A stretch of 63,594 nt of DNA, filler included, from Octopus bimaculoides (taxonomy: Eukaryota): NCBI RefSeq assembly GCF_001194135.2. It is 4 parts of 3 records of this genome, joined end to end, with 100 filler letters (N's around TTAATTAATTAA, not from the genome) between each part and the next. Parts side by side here need not be neighbours in the genome. Positions count along the whole stretch, not along the records: positions 1 to 27,325 come from NC_068981.1; 3 more parts are not named here. One strand, written 5' to 3'. The notes under the pieces are model-generated. The model was not told the DNA's origin, made no database searches, and was given only the letters and a program-made list of their open reading frames with translations. Below, one piece after another: positions 1-13,973 of this stretch; the first letter of the stretch is position 1, and the number at the start of each line of letters is the position of its first letter. Both the position numbers and the translations under genes were made by a program.

Positions 1-62
<62 letters not shown>

Positions 63-194
63 CGTGTGTGCTGTGAGGGTTTTGCGGCTAAACAAGATTG
101 CCAATTTTTTCAAAAATCAACAATGTATGATCCTGAATAGGGAGATGTTCGAGAGCTGGTAATGGAGAAAACCCACAAAAAACAATGGTTACCC

Positions 195-712
195 TGACTT
201 TTGGGGCCGGTGCCGTTTTTCCTTTCCTTTTTGGTTTTTTCAAATAGAGGTGTATGCTCAAGGCATGCCCGTTCACACCATTCTCGCCACTTTCATCTAC
301 CTTTCAGTAAACTGGCTAGAAGACAACATTTCCCTCTCTGCCATTATTTTCCTTTTCAAGTGAAAGAAGAAGTTAATCAGGGATTGGCCAAAGAAAAAAG
401 TTTTTGTCTTCAGCCCCTTCAGTATTGTCCACCATACAACTTCTTTCGCTATGGCCACCAGGCATATAAACACAGCCTTTCCTTCCAGGTAAAAAGGAAG
501 GTGGCAGGGTGATCTTCACGATGAATTCAGTTGACGTCCGGATCCGTCCCTGTCGCGAGAACAGGCGTTCGACATAAACCCACTGGTCAGTAATGCTCGG
601 GCACTGGACTTGTGCATGCAGGACCGTCTCGTCGTCCTGCGCACATGGTTTTAAATTTTGCCACAATGGCAGAAATTTTGGTGGGAAGGGATGAGTCGAT
701 TGCATGGACCCC
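195..712 (-). mobile_element. Tx1/L1-clade LINE, 3' end fragment (zf-RVT-like region)
   Basis: The minus strand encodes CAQDDETVLHAQVQCPSITDQWVYVERL. The nucleotide sequence is the reverse-complement relative of 25430-25860. Confidence 0.75.
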
Positions 713-1036
713 GAAAGAATGAAAGGTAAAGTTGATCTCTGCGGAACTTGAACTCAGAATGTAGCAACGGACGAAATACCGCTAAGCATTTTGTCCGCTG
801 CCTTCATAATTATTAATAATAATAATAATCTTTTCTACTATAGGAACAAGGCCTGGATTTTCTGAGGGAGGGTGATAGTCGATCACATCGAGCCCAATAC
901 TCAACTGGCACTTAATTTATCGACCCCGAAATGCAAAGCCGACGTCGGCCGAATTTGAACTCATAACATAAAGACAGACGAAATACTGCTAAGCATTTCG
1001 CCCGGCATGCTAACGATTTTACCAGCTCACCGCCTC

Positions 1037-1076
<40 letters not shown>

Positions 1077-4000
1077 TCATTATTAATCACATAAAATATT
1101 AAAATAACACATATAAATACTCTAGTATTTATAATGGACAGCTTCTGAATAAGTTGCTACTCGTTAAATAATCTTTGTTAAGAGAAAACAGAAAGATTTA
1201 GCAATTACTACGGAATATAAAAACAATAAAAAGCTGTCTAGATGATTATATAAATATCCTGAGCTTAGGCCTTTTTCTCAGAATAGTCTTCTGTTGAAAT
1301 GATTACACTTTGTTCTATGCAGCCCAGATTATTCAAATCACGACCAAAGAAACAATATAATTACGATAATGGTTTGAACTGTTTCAGAATATATCCTCAC
1401 ACTATAACAAAAAATAATTCACAAGAGAATAAAACATTTCAAAGAATAATTTATGTGATGATATAGCTTATTCGAGGAAGACCTACAAGTATCTGATCAC
1501 ATTTTGTATTAAGACACTTGGATTTGAAAAAGAAATTCCCCATCTCAAAGTTATATATTGTTCTTTAGGTGAGGTTGTTAGTTTCGAAATGTATATTTTA
1601 TTTACATATTTCTTTTTTGGTGCTATATTTATAGTTTTTTTGGGGGGTTTTTTTTTTTCATTTGCTTTTATATTTCTCATCGCATTTTAATTTCTCTCAT
1701 GCATCAAATGTTATATCTCTGAGTAGATAAATACTTAAGTTGTGGGTTCAAAATTGCACTAGGCTTTTACTGCTGCTCCTGGATATGGTATGTTGTTTTA
1801 TTATCTTTTAATTGTTTCAGTCAACAGACTGCAGCCATGGTGGGGCACCGTGTTGAAAAATTTTTTGTCGAATGAATAGACCCCAGTACTTATTTTTTAA
1901 AGCTTGGTAGTGTTCCTTCCGTTTCATTTGCCGAACCACTAGATTACGGAGACGTAAACACACCAACACCTAATGTCAAGTGATGGTGAGGAACACACGC
2001 ACACACACATGTGTGTATATATATATANNNNNNNNNNNNNNNNNNNNNNNNNNNNNNNNNNNNNNNNNNNNNNNNNNNNNNNNNNNNNNNNNNNNNNNNN
2101 NNNNNNNNNNNNNNNNNNNNNNNNNNNNNNNNNNNNNNNNNNNNNNNNNNNNNNNNNNNNNNNNNNNNNNNNNNNNNNNNNNNNNNNNNNNNNNATAATT
2201 CCAACTCTATCTGTTTTTTATGTTTTATTTATTTTCTTATAAAATTAATGTGGGATATAGAATATGGAATATATAGTATATATAGTAAAATGAAATGAAG
2301 TATTGAATGTCTTATTGAATAAATGAAATATCGAATATTAAATATTTAAGGACTGGTATATTTTCCTGCTTTCTAGCAGGAAAGTATACTAGGAAAGTAT
2401 ACACACGCGCGCGACGGTCCTCTTGCAGTTTCTATCTACCTAATCCACTCACAAGGTACCATGCAGTGGGAATGTACTCGGAACCATGTGGTTGGGACGC
2501 AACGTTCTTACCACGTTGCCACTCCTGTGGCTGTATCCAAATACTGATTCTTGTCTAAACGCACCAATTGTGAGTTTACCTCACTGAAACATTCAAATAT
2601 GAAATGAAAATAACACATTAAAATCATTCCTTAACTTGGAAGAAAATGGTAACCAGATGCATAGGAATAAACGGAGTTTAAAGACTTCGATGACTGGTGT
2701 TACCTTCATTTGTTCTGCGATTGTTTGCAAATATATTTATAAACATTGTTAATTGCTATCATTTTTATGATTAGCATTATCAAGTGGGATTAATTTGTTG
2801 AAATAAATAAATTCAGTTACTGTTACAAGTAGAGAAACTGACGTTGTGGTCACGAGCACTTCACCCGGATTTAGAGACTTGAGTGTTGAAATAATAGCCA
2901 TAGAAAAAATGGTGCTAATATCTGTGGTTTTGATTATGTTCCTATGCCCTTGGCAGATGAGAAATCGAATATTGTAGGACTGTCTTTCGTTTGGGTGACA
3001 AAAAGCTACTTTAACACCTGTTGTTGTGCTGTTAACCCGGAGAGAATAAGATTGAACCGTAAATACATGATAGGAAATGGGGTGCAACTAAAAAGCCGTT
3101 TACTTGTTCCTACTTATTTTCTTTAGCATTAAACAGATTTTCTGAGATGAAATACAGACGGTTAAATACTTTTAAAAGAAGTGATTCTAATTTTCAACAC
3201 CCTTAAGCAACGAATTAATCTCCCGCCGCTTCACAGAAAAGCAAAAGGATAAGATACGTTTGACAAAGTAAAATTGATAAAGTCATGCTTGGAGAATTTA
3301 CAAGTAAATTTCAATAAACATATCAATATTTGTAATGAGAGGGATTGTTAAAGCTGTTAGAATTACATCTTTGAAAACTTTCTAGAACATCTATTAGAAA
3401 ATCACCCCATTATACACCGTGAGTCGCTGTGTAGGTAAATTCTTAACCTGCAGCATACTGTGTTAGTGTATGTGAAATGAATGAATATAATCCAACCAAA
3501 AGAATTTAAAGGGTAAGAATTTAGAAATGTATAGACTAGTTTTGTAGATATTGTGGAAAGTTAACATACTATTTACAATTTTGTAAAAGCGCAAAAATTA
3601 GTCTCACTTCTATGTGATGCAAATTGGGTATTAGATTTAGAATTTTAATATGAAGTAATTATCCATGTCCTTTAACTCAAATTTAAAACTATAGGACGAA
3701 AACCAGTTAAGTTTCGTAAATGATACAAATGCATGTGCTATAAAATTAAAGCTATTCATCTTTTAGCTATTATTAAAGCAGTCTCCGCATTTTGGAAAGA
3801 GTAGGGTGAATGCTTTGAAGACAATGGAAATTTTATAAAATATGAAAAATATCAAGTTAATGAGTGATTCGAAATCGCGAACAGGATTTCGAAGAAGCCT
3901 GAGTGCTCACATTTATAAACTTATTTTGACTTAACGATAAAAATAAAATCAATAAAATGCCTAGTAACACACACACACACACACACACGTTTGCGTGTAC

Positions 4001-5079
4001 AGAACTTATTGATTTGAAAACAAACACATTATTCATATGAAAATTTGATGACCATCCCTCAGTTTTAAATGCACTGAAGATACTTCATTTATGGCTATTA
4101 TTAACCTGTGAACATTGTTTAGAGCTAAGAACATTTTTCCACTTATATTCATTTCTTTCCAAAGGAAGTAATCATGTAACAAATAATTTTAATCCATGAA
4201 AAGCATAAAACGTCAACTGATAAAATATCTGAAAACTTCTCTACTGTTCTCTGTAACTAATTTACCACCATTTATCAAAAGTTGGTGTTATTAAAGCAGA
4301 ATCGATTAAACTTCATATATGCACTTGAAACAACCTCAGTTTAAAACACTGGTGAATATATCATTTGATAATCTATATACAAACGTGGAACGGCATTGGC
4401 TGAAATATTTTGATTCAGAGGATCTTCTCATGGAGTTTTGTCGCTCAGAATGAAATGGGGCCACGAAATACAATGTATCGCCTTGATTTAGTCACATCAG
4501 ATTTTTCTTTGATACAAAATATTACGGCAGTTGACGCTCCACACAAATGTTATAGACATCGGTAATTTCAAATAGTCTAATTGAAGTAATTAGCATTTAT
4601 ATTGCTTCCTTTTCAATGGGAAGTAATTATATCGTACGTACATTTTAGATATATCTATATGAACATATTTTATACAAAAGTTGAATAGGGGTACAAGACA
4701 TTGTGGCGCATCTGAACACATACATAGAACAAAGATGGAGCATGGAATGTAAAATGGTTGCCAATTCAGTTTAAAACAAATTATGCTCATCAAAAAAAAA
4801 AACAATAGACTTTACAAATTTAGAAATTACAAATTACATTAATTTGATATGCATCTCACGTGTTATATAAACACAGGGCATTGATTTGACACATGTTTAT
4901 AGAAATCTTTCCTTTATATTCTGTTAATTGGTTTATGCTGATTTTCGTTACTGTTTTTCCGTTGCTTTTTTTCATATACATTTTGCTGTTGAAAAAGTGT
5001 ACTTAGCATCTGCGATATGCTATTGATAAAACTAAGAATAACGGAAATATAATGCAAGAACTACTACTTCTACAACAAC

Positions 5080-5112
<33 letters not shown>

Positions 5113-5377
5113 TAATAATAAAAATAATAATAATAATGTTTTCTTTATTAACGACTAAGTGTCCGCATAAAAAAAGACATAGGGGATGCTACAGGACAAT
5201 ACATATACAAATAAAGTGGAATTAAGTCGTGTAAACAAAAGAATAACAATAAATAAAATTACCCTAATCTCTAGAAAAAGTGTCACCAGCTCTTCATCTA
5301 CTCTTGATTTAGAGGTGCATGCTTGGAGTAGGCCCGTTTACTCGAGCCATTCACACTACATTCATTCACATTTTAAC

Positions 5378-7900
5378 TGAATTGCTGGGAGGCAACACTT
5401 CCCTCTGTTCCCTGAGCCTCCTTTTCAAGTGAAAATTAAAAGTTGATGAGGACTTAATCAAAGAGAAAAGCCACTGTCTTCAGCCCTTTCAAGATGGTCC
5501 TCCACAAAACTCCTTTCGCTAAGGCCACCAGACAAAAACACTACCTGCACTTCCCGGCCAAATGAAGGTAGCACGACAGTCTTCACGATGGATTCAGCCG
5601 AATGTTGGGTCCGTCCTATATGCAACAACAGTAGTTTGAAATAAACCCACAAATCCTGAGCCACTAAACTTCTATACAATACAAGAGAGAAACTTCTACC
5701 AACGGCATTGCCTGACTGACAGAGAATTGTGAGCGTCTAACGACACTCTAGATACCAGGGGCCCTGTCTCGGTTTATGCTTTATCTAGGACTGTAGCTCA
5801 GTCAAAGAGACGAGTTGTGAAAAGAAAGCGCTGCAGATGTCACAGACTCGGGGTATGTCTGCGCATCAGCAGTCACAGCAAGTCCAGTCTTCCATTCAAC
5901 GGGTGTTGACAACAAATAGAGCATCTGACCTGTGGAATGGGTCCTCTCCACAGAAAGCGGAAGAATATGAGCTCCAGTTTGGTCGGACGTAAACTAGGGC
6001 AAGGCACGACAGTCAGACGGTAATATATGGCGGTTGCAATGTAAGCATCCCCAACCAATGCCCGACCAGAAAGCGTTCTCTCGCTCCATTTCTAGGTGAG
6101 GTTTGCCACCTTGCTTGTCACCTCATTCCAGTTTTTCGCCACTTGGAGATATGGACCAAACCAGACTCTGAGTGATTTTACTGAGCGATTTTGCTCAGTT
6201 ATTGGATGGTATGGATCCGTTTCTGCAGATGCCGAACCGCCGTTAATTTTTGCTCTTGTCACGTCTCGTATTCTTTTAGAGCAGTGCTGACCAGGTCTGT
6301 GTGCCTGGTATTTGACACTATGACACGGTTCATACACGTCCTAGTTCGCGCAGGATGATTCTCAACGCCTACAATTGCAGCGGCGGTGACTCTAGAACCA
6401 GTAAATACGGAAGATACGAAAGCAGATACCCTTAACAGACCAAGCGCATGATGCTGAATGATTCCGATAGGTCAGCATTCACTCGAAATACGGAGCAGGT
6501 GTCACTGTACATTACAATGAACCATCCACGGAAAACGGGACCAAAACCAGCCACCGTGGGACCGGCCACCAAGTATTGGTGGTCGACCCTATCGAAGGCT
6601 TTAGATTGATCGAAATTGATCAGGGCTCACCTATGCCACCAACTCTTTTTAAGTCTACGTTCAGCAGCGTTATGAGCTTCGACTTTTCTGTTTCATCCAC
6701 TTGTTTGGATCCTACCTCAGCAATGCCACCGCTCCTCGCAGAACTAAGAATTCTTCCGTTCTTCCGCCAGTTGCGGCAAACAAGTCTGGCGAAAATGGCC
6801 ACTAAACAAGTCTGGCATATAAAAGTAAAACTCGTAGGGCAGACCATCCATATCAGGTGATTTACCCCCCGTGAATCTCGTCATTGCATTCCGTATTCAC
6901 GCAGTCATTGCATTCCGTATCAGCATTTCGCAAAGCTCCGTCCCCATTGCTGAGAGTCATGGCATGCTGTCAAGGTAAGCACTGAAGTCAGTCCTGCCTT
7001 CCAGACTGCCATTCGTCCCAAAGAGTTGGACGAAGTGCTGCTGAAATGCCGCACACATTAGCTCGGGCTGGTGTACCGTGCAGCTATTTTGGTCCACCAA
7101 AGACCGAATTGGGGCTTTGTTGTCACATTGCAGTCCATCAAGCAGCTTTTGTCCCTTCTTGTCTTAGAGCAGTTGCCTTAGCTCTGACAATACATCCTTC
7201 GTGTTTACCGTTGAAGAATTGTTTAAGGCCCTATCTCGCCGCCAGTACGTCTGTTGCAGTGCCTAAGCGCCTTTTCTAAGTTTCTATTTAAATTGCCTTC
7301 TATTTTATTTATTTTTATCACCAAAGCTTTATTAAACCTAACTGATTCTACTCTAATTGCCTTTCTGAGAATAAACTACCATTTGTTATTGACAATTTCC
7401 TCCGTCAACGCACGCTTATCTAATTCTCTAATCTGGTCTCTGTAACTTGGCACGCCGGGAGTGACGCGTTCAGTTTCCAGCAAGTATCCCTGCTTTCTCA
7501 GCTTATCTAGAAAGATTCTAGGCGTCCAATGGGACTTCGTTACTCCACTCTTGCTAGAGCATAGACAACTACTATTTGGAAGGTATGACCTTCGCTACTG
7601 ACTACATCCAGCAGAATGGACTTACTTTCTGGGTCTAGAAAAATAATCCATATGACGAGATCTAGACCTTTTCCAAAGAAAACAAAGCAGTCACTCCACT
7701 TCCCGATCCCGGTCGACTTGGAGATGCATACATTTCATAGTGTCAGAGGATGAGCATGAAGGATCATGCGTTGGATAATATGGTCTCACTGACAGCCACC
7801 ACTTCTGTTCCTAGTGGTCGTTGAGTAGGTGGACCACGTACATTCACACTGCCTATTCTGGGTCAGTACATGAAGGTAAAAGGGAGAAAATGAGAGTAAC
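5378..7900 (-). mobile_element. Degenerate, internally deleted Tx1/L1-clade LINE (APE endonuclease plus RT remnants)
   Basis: Minus-strand APE-like start (IGSVNVRG..EVVAVSET..YASPSRPGSGSG) near 7870-7700 and RT C-terminal AYIATAIYYRLTVVPCP..LELIFFRFLWRG at 5873-6058, both homologous to the 24.1-25.9 kb copy. Many stops and frameshifts. Confidence 0.8.
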
Positions 7901-9204
7901 CACTTACCTTGTTCCTGTGGAAGGACAAACGAATAGTTCTACAGGTCAGTTATGGGTGTTTGTACCATTATATTTTTTTATATAATTTTAATACAGCCTA
8001 ATTTCACTTGGAAATCTCCCTTTCCATCGGGATACTTCGCTTTTATTCTTCTATGGGTCTTAGGATTTATATATATGTTGGTACTTTAATTTTTTTTTTA
8101 ATATGATGTCGTCATTGTGTATAATGTTTGTTGATATATATAAAGCTCGACTTTGCCTTTCATCCAATCAAGGTAGATAAAATAAGTAGCAGTTAAAGGG
8201 TGGGATCGATGAAATAGACTTATGTCCTCCCCCAAAATTACAGACTTTGTGCCGAAACTTGAAGCAATATTGTTTGTGGTGGTGGTGTAAGTGGTGGTGA
8301 TGTAGTTGGCGCCAGTGTTGTACTGAGCAGTATTCTTCTCCAGTCGAGGTATATCGGTTGAGGACCAGTTCATCACACGTTACTGATGTTAAAGAATGAT
8401 TTTCGGTTAGAAATGTCACTTCTATCATGCGGAACTTTTTCTTTCCAGCTACTTATAGTCTGGTGCCCCAGATTGGCTTAAAAAAGTTTTCGGTTTGTTT
8501 TTTTTTTTTTGTTTTTTCTTTTGTTGGAGCGGGGTACACTTTCTTTACTTCAACCCTATACATCTATACATAATACTTTTACAATGTGTCCACCTGGACC
8601 AGTCACGATATGCTTAAGGATATTTATTGTTCTTCCAATTACGGTTAGAAAATGTTTGGCCTTTTTCAAATCTCCCAGCAATAGAGAAATTGACTCGTGC
8701 ATTCGAACTGCCAAAACGAAACTGTTAACCGGTCGAACAGTTCTTAATAACCTTAATGCAAGTTGCAATGACAATGACGGCGGAGGTAGTGGTGGTAGCT
8801 GTTCTATTCTGATTATCAATGTTATTGCAAATGCAGTTTATTGATTTATATTTTTAATTTTGTCTTCGTTATCATTGTTGAGGTTGGTGTTGCCATCACC
8901 TCATTGTTTTGCAATAGTTGTGGTGGTTGTGATATTATCAAATACACCGTCCAGTTCTTTCGTTTTTGCTGCCTCGTGGTCATAGTTGCTGCTCTTTTTT
9001 CTAATGCTTCTACTAGTTGTGGTGGTTTGGTAATGGTGGTAGTTCTTTGATGTAAGATTGGGAAGGCATCGACAAAACTTATGACCCAAACACGACTTAT
9101 CTCCCTCTAGTATTCTAACGAACATTTCGTTAACATGTTTTTAATTTTTTTTTAACGTTAAATATTAGAAGAAAAAAAACTTCTGTAAAAGTTTGCTGTA
9201 AGAC

Positions 9205-9405
9205 GTATTGAAACGAAAGCTATGCAATGTGCCGGTGCGGCAGAGGTACAGCATCGCCACAAACTTACAATTCGGTCTTTGGTGGAACATGATGAGCATA
9301 TACTACCCGAATCCCAGTAGATTGCAGAGGATGTGTGGTGGATAAAATTAAAAGGACTGAAGGCGGACATCGTCCCCTTTGGTCAAACTTTCATCAACTC
9401 TTCCA
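9205..9405 (+). mobile_element. Short Tx1-like LINE 3' fragment
   Basis: gtggtggataaaattaaaaggactgaaggcggacatcgtcccctttggtcaaac is similar to gtggtggacgagaatgaaggggctgaagattaacacatttccctttggccagtt at 25649-25702. Confidence 0.6.
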
Positions 9406-12400
9406 CTATTAATAAAACGAAACTTACCAGTTCCTCAGATCCGCGGTCAGTGTACAGCAACACAAAGTACAAACAAATTAAACATAGACTTTTAAATAGT
9501 ACTTACGAACAATTTGAAGTGGCATCGTATATAAATTCCTCAACGAATCAGTTGAACTATACTCAATTCACATTTTACAATACGAATCCATTGTCTGAAC
9601 ATCTTTTTTTTTTTTCAAAAAATTCTGTTTTGTTTAACAATTTCTTTACATTTTGATATATCTATTCAATGAAGGTGGATAGCTTTACTTATGAATGTCG
9701 GAGTTCACATGAAAGTCACATGTTTTGAGAGTATTTCACTCTAGGTTGGTTTATATGTGTTGCGTAAGCTTTTTGTTCTTTTCTTTTATTCACATCTGTA
9801 TTAGCTTCTGTCTGCAGCAGATTAATTCAAAATGCTTTCAAACGTACTTTTCAATCTTTTATTTATTGTATGTCTATTTTCCAACTGATTTGTTCAATTT
9901 TTACAACCAATAAAAGCTAGATGAAAAGCAGAACTTACATGAATGAGGCAGTTAATGATTGAAGCAGTTTACAAAATATGTGAATGCAAGAGGAAGGGAG
10001 AGAGAAAGAAGGAAATATAGTGAATATTTCAAACGACTGATAAATATTTTCTCTGCAGGCGTGGTTGAGTGGTGAACAGTTTTCTACCCAACAATATGGT
10101 CCCGGTTTCAGTCCCACTGCATGGCAGCTTTAGCAAGTGTCTTCTATAGCTCCCGAGTGACAAAAGCCTTGTGAGTGGATTTGGTAAACGAAAACTGAAA
10201 GAAGCCCGTCGTATATACATGTGTATGTGTGTGTATATGTGTTTATGTGTTTGTAATATTGTGTATGTTTGTCTACCTCCATCGCTTGGCAACCGATACT
10301 GGTTTGTTTTTGTTCCCGTAACTTAGCAGTTCGGCATTGAAACCGATAGAATGAGAACTAGATAGTAGGGTCGATTCAAACAACTAAAAAACTTTCAAAG
10401 CGATGCCCCAGCATAGCCGCATTTCGATGACTGAAACAAAGAAGAGATACAGAAAGAAAAATGATTCCAACGGTTCCCAACCTGTAATCCATGGAACCTG
10501 GATTTACAGAAATAGCCCAATATGTTTTAGTCTTATTGTTCTTCCAAATGCTCGGTTCTTGACTTGAGCTTAAGAATAAAGAGGACACAAAACTAGCACC
10601 ATTTTAAATTTTATAGGAACACACGTTTGCGCAGCATGTGTGACAAGCTCTAAGTATTTGACGCTGTTAAATTAGCAACAAGCAAAAAGAAAATCAAATA
10701 ATTAGGGACCAGAAACAGTGTGAGTTTTACATGAAAGTGCATATTTCCTATATACATTTATATGCAGATATAAATGCACATATATTCACATGCCCATNNN
10801 NNNNNNNTATATATAGGAGAATTCACGAAAAACAACAGACGAAGACAGGTGGTGTAAACAACAAATGGCTGTATTAGTATAAAGCTCGGGAATAGAGAAA
10901 GTCTTTAACGTTTCGATCCTACGCTCTTCAACAGAAAGGAACACGTCACCGATCCATCATAGCAAATGCCGGACAGAAGGATCCCGCAGGAGAGTTAAGA
11001 AGAAGGGGAGATAACAAAGAAGTAGTGCCATTGATTTGTCTGAGTTTATCCGCCGTTTGACATCGCAAAAAAAACTCCTCATAATTATCTTGACTCTACA
11101 GTGTCCAATTTAAGGTTCAACTTAAAGTAAAATAGAAAACCAAGGAAATAAAACACAGAAATATTCCACGTTACAAGTACGGTTCTCCATGCTATCATGA
11201 CTGTAGGCTTTCTCAGTGTTTTACTCTATCTTTCATCAGTTAGCATATCGAAAATTAAAATTCGCCTGGGGCTGGGGGATTACCATTTGCCACTCCTTAG
11301 ATGGACCATTGAACAATCAGAGAAGAGTTACAAGAAATATATATTTCTTTATTGCCCACAGAGGGCAAAGCATAGAGGGGACAAACAAGGACAGACAAAG
11401 GGATTAAGTCGACTACATCGACCCCAGTGCGTAACTGGTATTTATTTAATCGACTCCGAGAGGATGAAAGGCAAAGACGACCTCGGCGGAATTTTAACTC
11501 AGAACGTAGCAGCAGACGAAATACCGCTAAGTATTTCGCCCGGCTTGCTAACGATTCTGCTAGCTCACCGCCTTAGAATTACAAGAAATATTGTTTAAGA
11601 ATATTTTAGAATTCATAGCAATAGTGCCGATAATCGATACGAAGTCCTGGTGCTTTCTTCCCCGAGCACCATAATCATAATTCCCTCCGGTTTTCTCATG
11701 GAACTTTCGAGAACTGTCTTCATTTGTTACACTTGTTGCATGCCATCCATAGCAGTATTTGTGGAGTATAGCGCCGCTTAGTCTATATGGCTATCATTAC
11801 CATTGTCCAAGAACTCATGTTACGATATTTCGCTAATAGTGATATGGACCGCAACGTAACTGATATCACAATTAATTTGAATTGGCTTCTTTTACCTGTT
11901 ATCTTTCACTTGTTTCAGTCTGTTGACTGCGGCCATGCTGTGGCACCAGCTCCAACAATAGATCTCAGAACTTTTGTTCTTTTAAAGACTAGCACATAAT
12001 TTATCGGTCTCTTTTGCCGAACCGCTAAGTTACGGGGACATAAACACACCAACACCGGTTATCAACCGGTGGTTAAGGGACAATCAGACACAAAGATACA
12101 CACACATGCACACAGATATATACATGTATGTGATAGGCTTCCTTCAGTTTCCGTCTAACAAATCTACTCATAATTGCCCGAAGACACTTGCCCAAGGTGC
12201 CACGCAGTGGAACTGAACCCGGAACCATGTTGTTGATAAACAAGCTTCTTACCACGCGGTCACGTCTGTGCTATTCATGATTTTTTAATTCATTTGTGTG
12301 ATGATGTCTTTAAGTGTCCACTTTTCTTTCTTTCACCTATCAACCAATATGGAGGTAAATTCAGAACCTTATATTGGGGACTCGATGGAAATTTTCTTTA

Positions 12401-12655
12401 ACTTATCACATGGAGAATGCATCTGCATATGTTCTCCCAGATCATTTCCCGCTTGCTTTCTATCAAAAGAAGAAAAACTAACCAAATGAGATACATCCAC
12501 TTCTAAAATACTTCGAGTAAGTTTATCTCCTTGGGAAAAAAAGAGCGGCAACCGATAAAATTGACGATTATTCAATCCTCTTGCATCGAATATGTACAAT
12601 ATTACTATTCATGAGGAGGATTGCCCAAATAATCTTACCAAATTATGGTATAGAC

Positions 12656-13973
12656 CAGTGGTTCCCAACCTGGGGACCGCGGACCCATGATGGTCCGCAA
12701 AGGTAGTACTGGGGCTCAATGAACTAAATTCAAAATTTTCCTGAAGATTAGCTATATTTTTGAATAAAATTGATTTTCGGTCGATTTAATCGATTTGAAT
12801 ATATTTTATTTTCTATTTGAAAATTTGGTTATGAAACACGTGTAGTCATTTTATTATCATTATCTTATGATATTTACTTTGTATTATATTATACTTATTT
12901 ATCGAGCATTTACTTATTAATTTTTCTATATATGTGACTGTGGAAGTTCATGGATAAGTTCATGAACTTTGGTTCTTTTCTCTAAGACTATATATATATA
13001 NNNNNNNNNNNNNNNNNNNNNNNNNNNNNNNNNNNNNNNNNNNNNNNNNNNNNNNNNNNNNNNNNNNNNNNNNNNNNNNNNNNNNNNNNNNNNNNNNNNN
13101 NNNNNNNNNNNNNNNNNNNNNNNNNNNNNNNNNNNNNNNNNNNNNNNNNNNNNNNNNNNNNNNNNNNNNNNNNNNNNNNNNNNNNNNNNNNNNNNNNNNN
13201 NNNNNNNNNNNNNNNNNNNNNNNNNNNNNNNNNNNNNNNNNNNNNNNNNNNNNNNNNNNNNNNNNNNNNNNNNNNNNNNNNNNNNNNNNNNNNNNNNNNN
13301 NNNNNNNNNNNNNNNNNNNNNNNNNNNNNNNNNNNNNNNNNNNNNNNNNNNNNNNNNNNNNNNNNNNNNNNNNNNNNNNNNNNNNNNNNNNNNNNNNNNN
13401 NNNNNNAATTTCGGCTAGTCATGCTCGACATTGCTCCAATCTGGCCAACCCCAAGGAAAAACTAAGCTAAGAGCATTAGATTCCTTGGAAGAAAGCAGCG
13501 AATGTATACGAAAACAAGGACGGAAAAAACGGAGAAAGTTACACAAATACAAATAACAGGACATAACAACATGTGTCTTTCGACAAAGGACGAATTAAAT
13601 TAAGCTGGCGTGTGTGGACGTAAAGCCTTCCGGCAGGGATACAGGGTTTCATGTGCACAGAGGACCAGATTGGAGCAATCTCGAGCATGACTAGCCGATA
13701 TTGCAAAGATAATCTGGAATTCGACTGAGGAAAGAATACTCCGAATGACTCGTCCTTGTTTTCTTTGTATCGTCTATCTGGATGTTTTGTTGTCCCTTTC
13801 TTGTATCACCTAACTATCTGGATGTCTTGCGTTCTTGTCCCATTTTGTATTTATATATATATATATATATATAGCGGCGTACGTACACTTTGGTCTTTTA
13901 TATATATATAAGGATAAACATATTAAAATGGTCCATGAGAAAACTCATTTAAATAAAGGATTGGGAACCACTG
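12656..13973. mobile_element. Non-autonomous hAT-type DNA transposon containing an N gap and a nested PLE-like repeat
   Basis: TIRs cagtggttcccaacct / ggattgggaaccactg and a near-perfect 8-bp TSD, gtatagac (12648-12655) versus gtataaac (13974-13981). Confidence 0.8.
13407..13850. mobile_element. Penelope-like non-autonomous repeat with a 5' inverted segment
   Basis: 34-nt inverted repeat 13411-13444 versus 13665-13698 (1 mismatch). A degenerate CTGAGGA...GAA motif lies at ~13726-13745. Classification is by architecture only. Confidence 0.45.

Noticed and set aside
12484-12522. PNEIHPLL before a GTAAGT, resembling the WDR63 N-terminus
   Set aside because: A stop lies immediately upstream and there is no acceptor; the match is too short.
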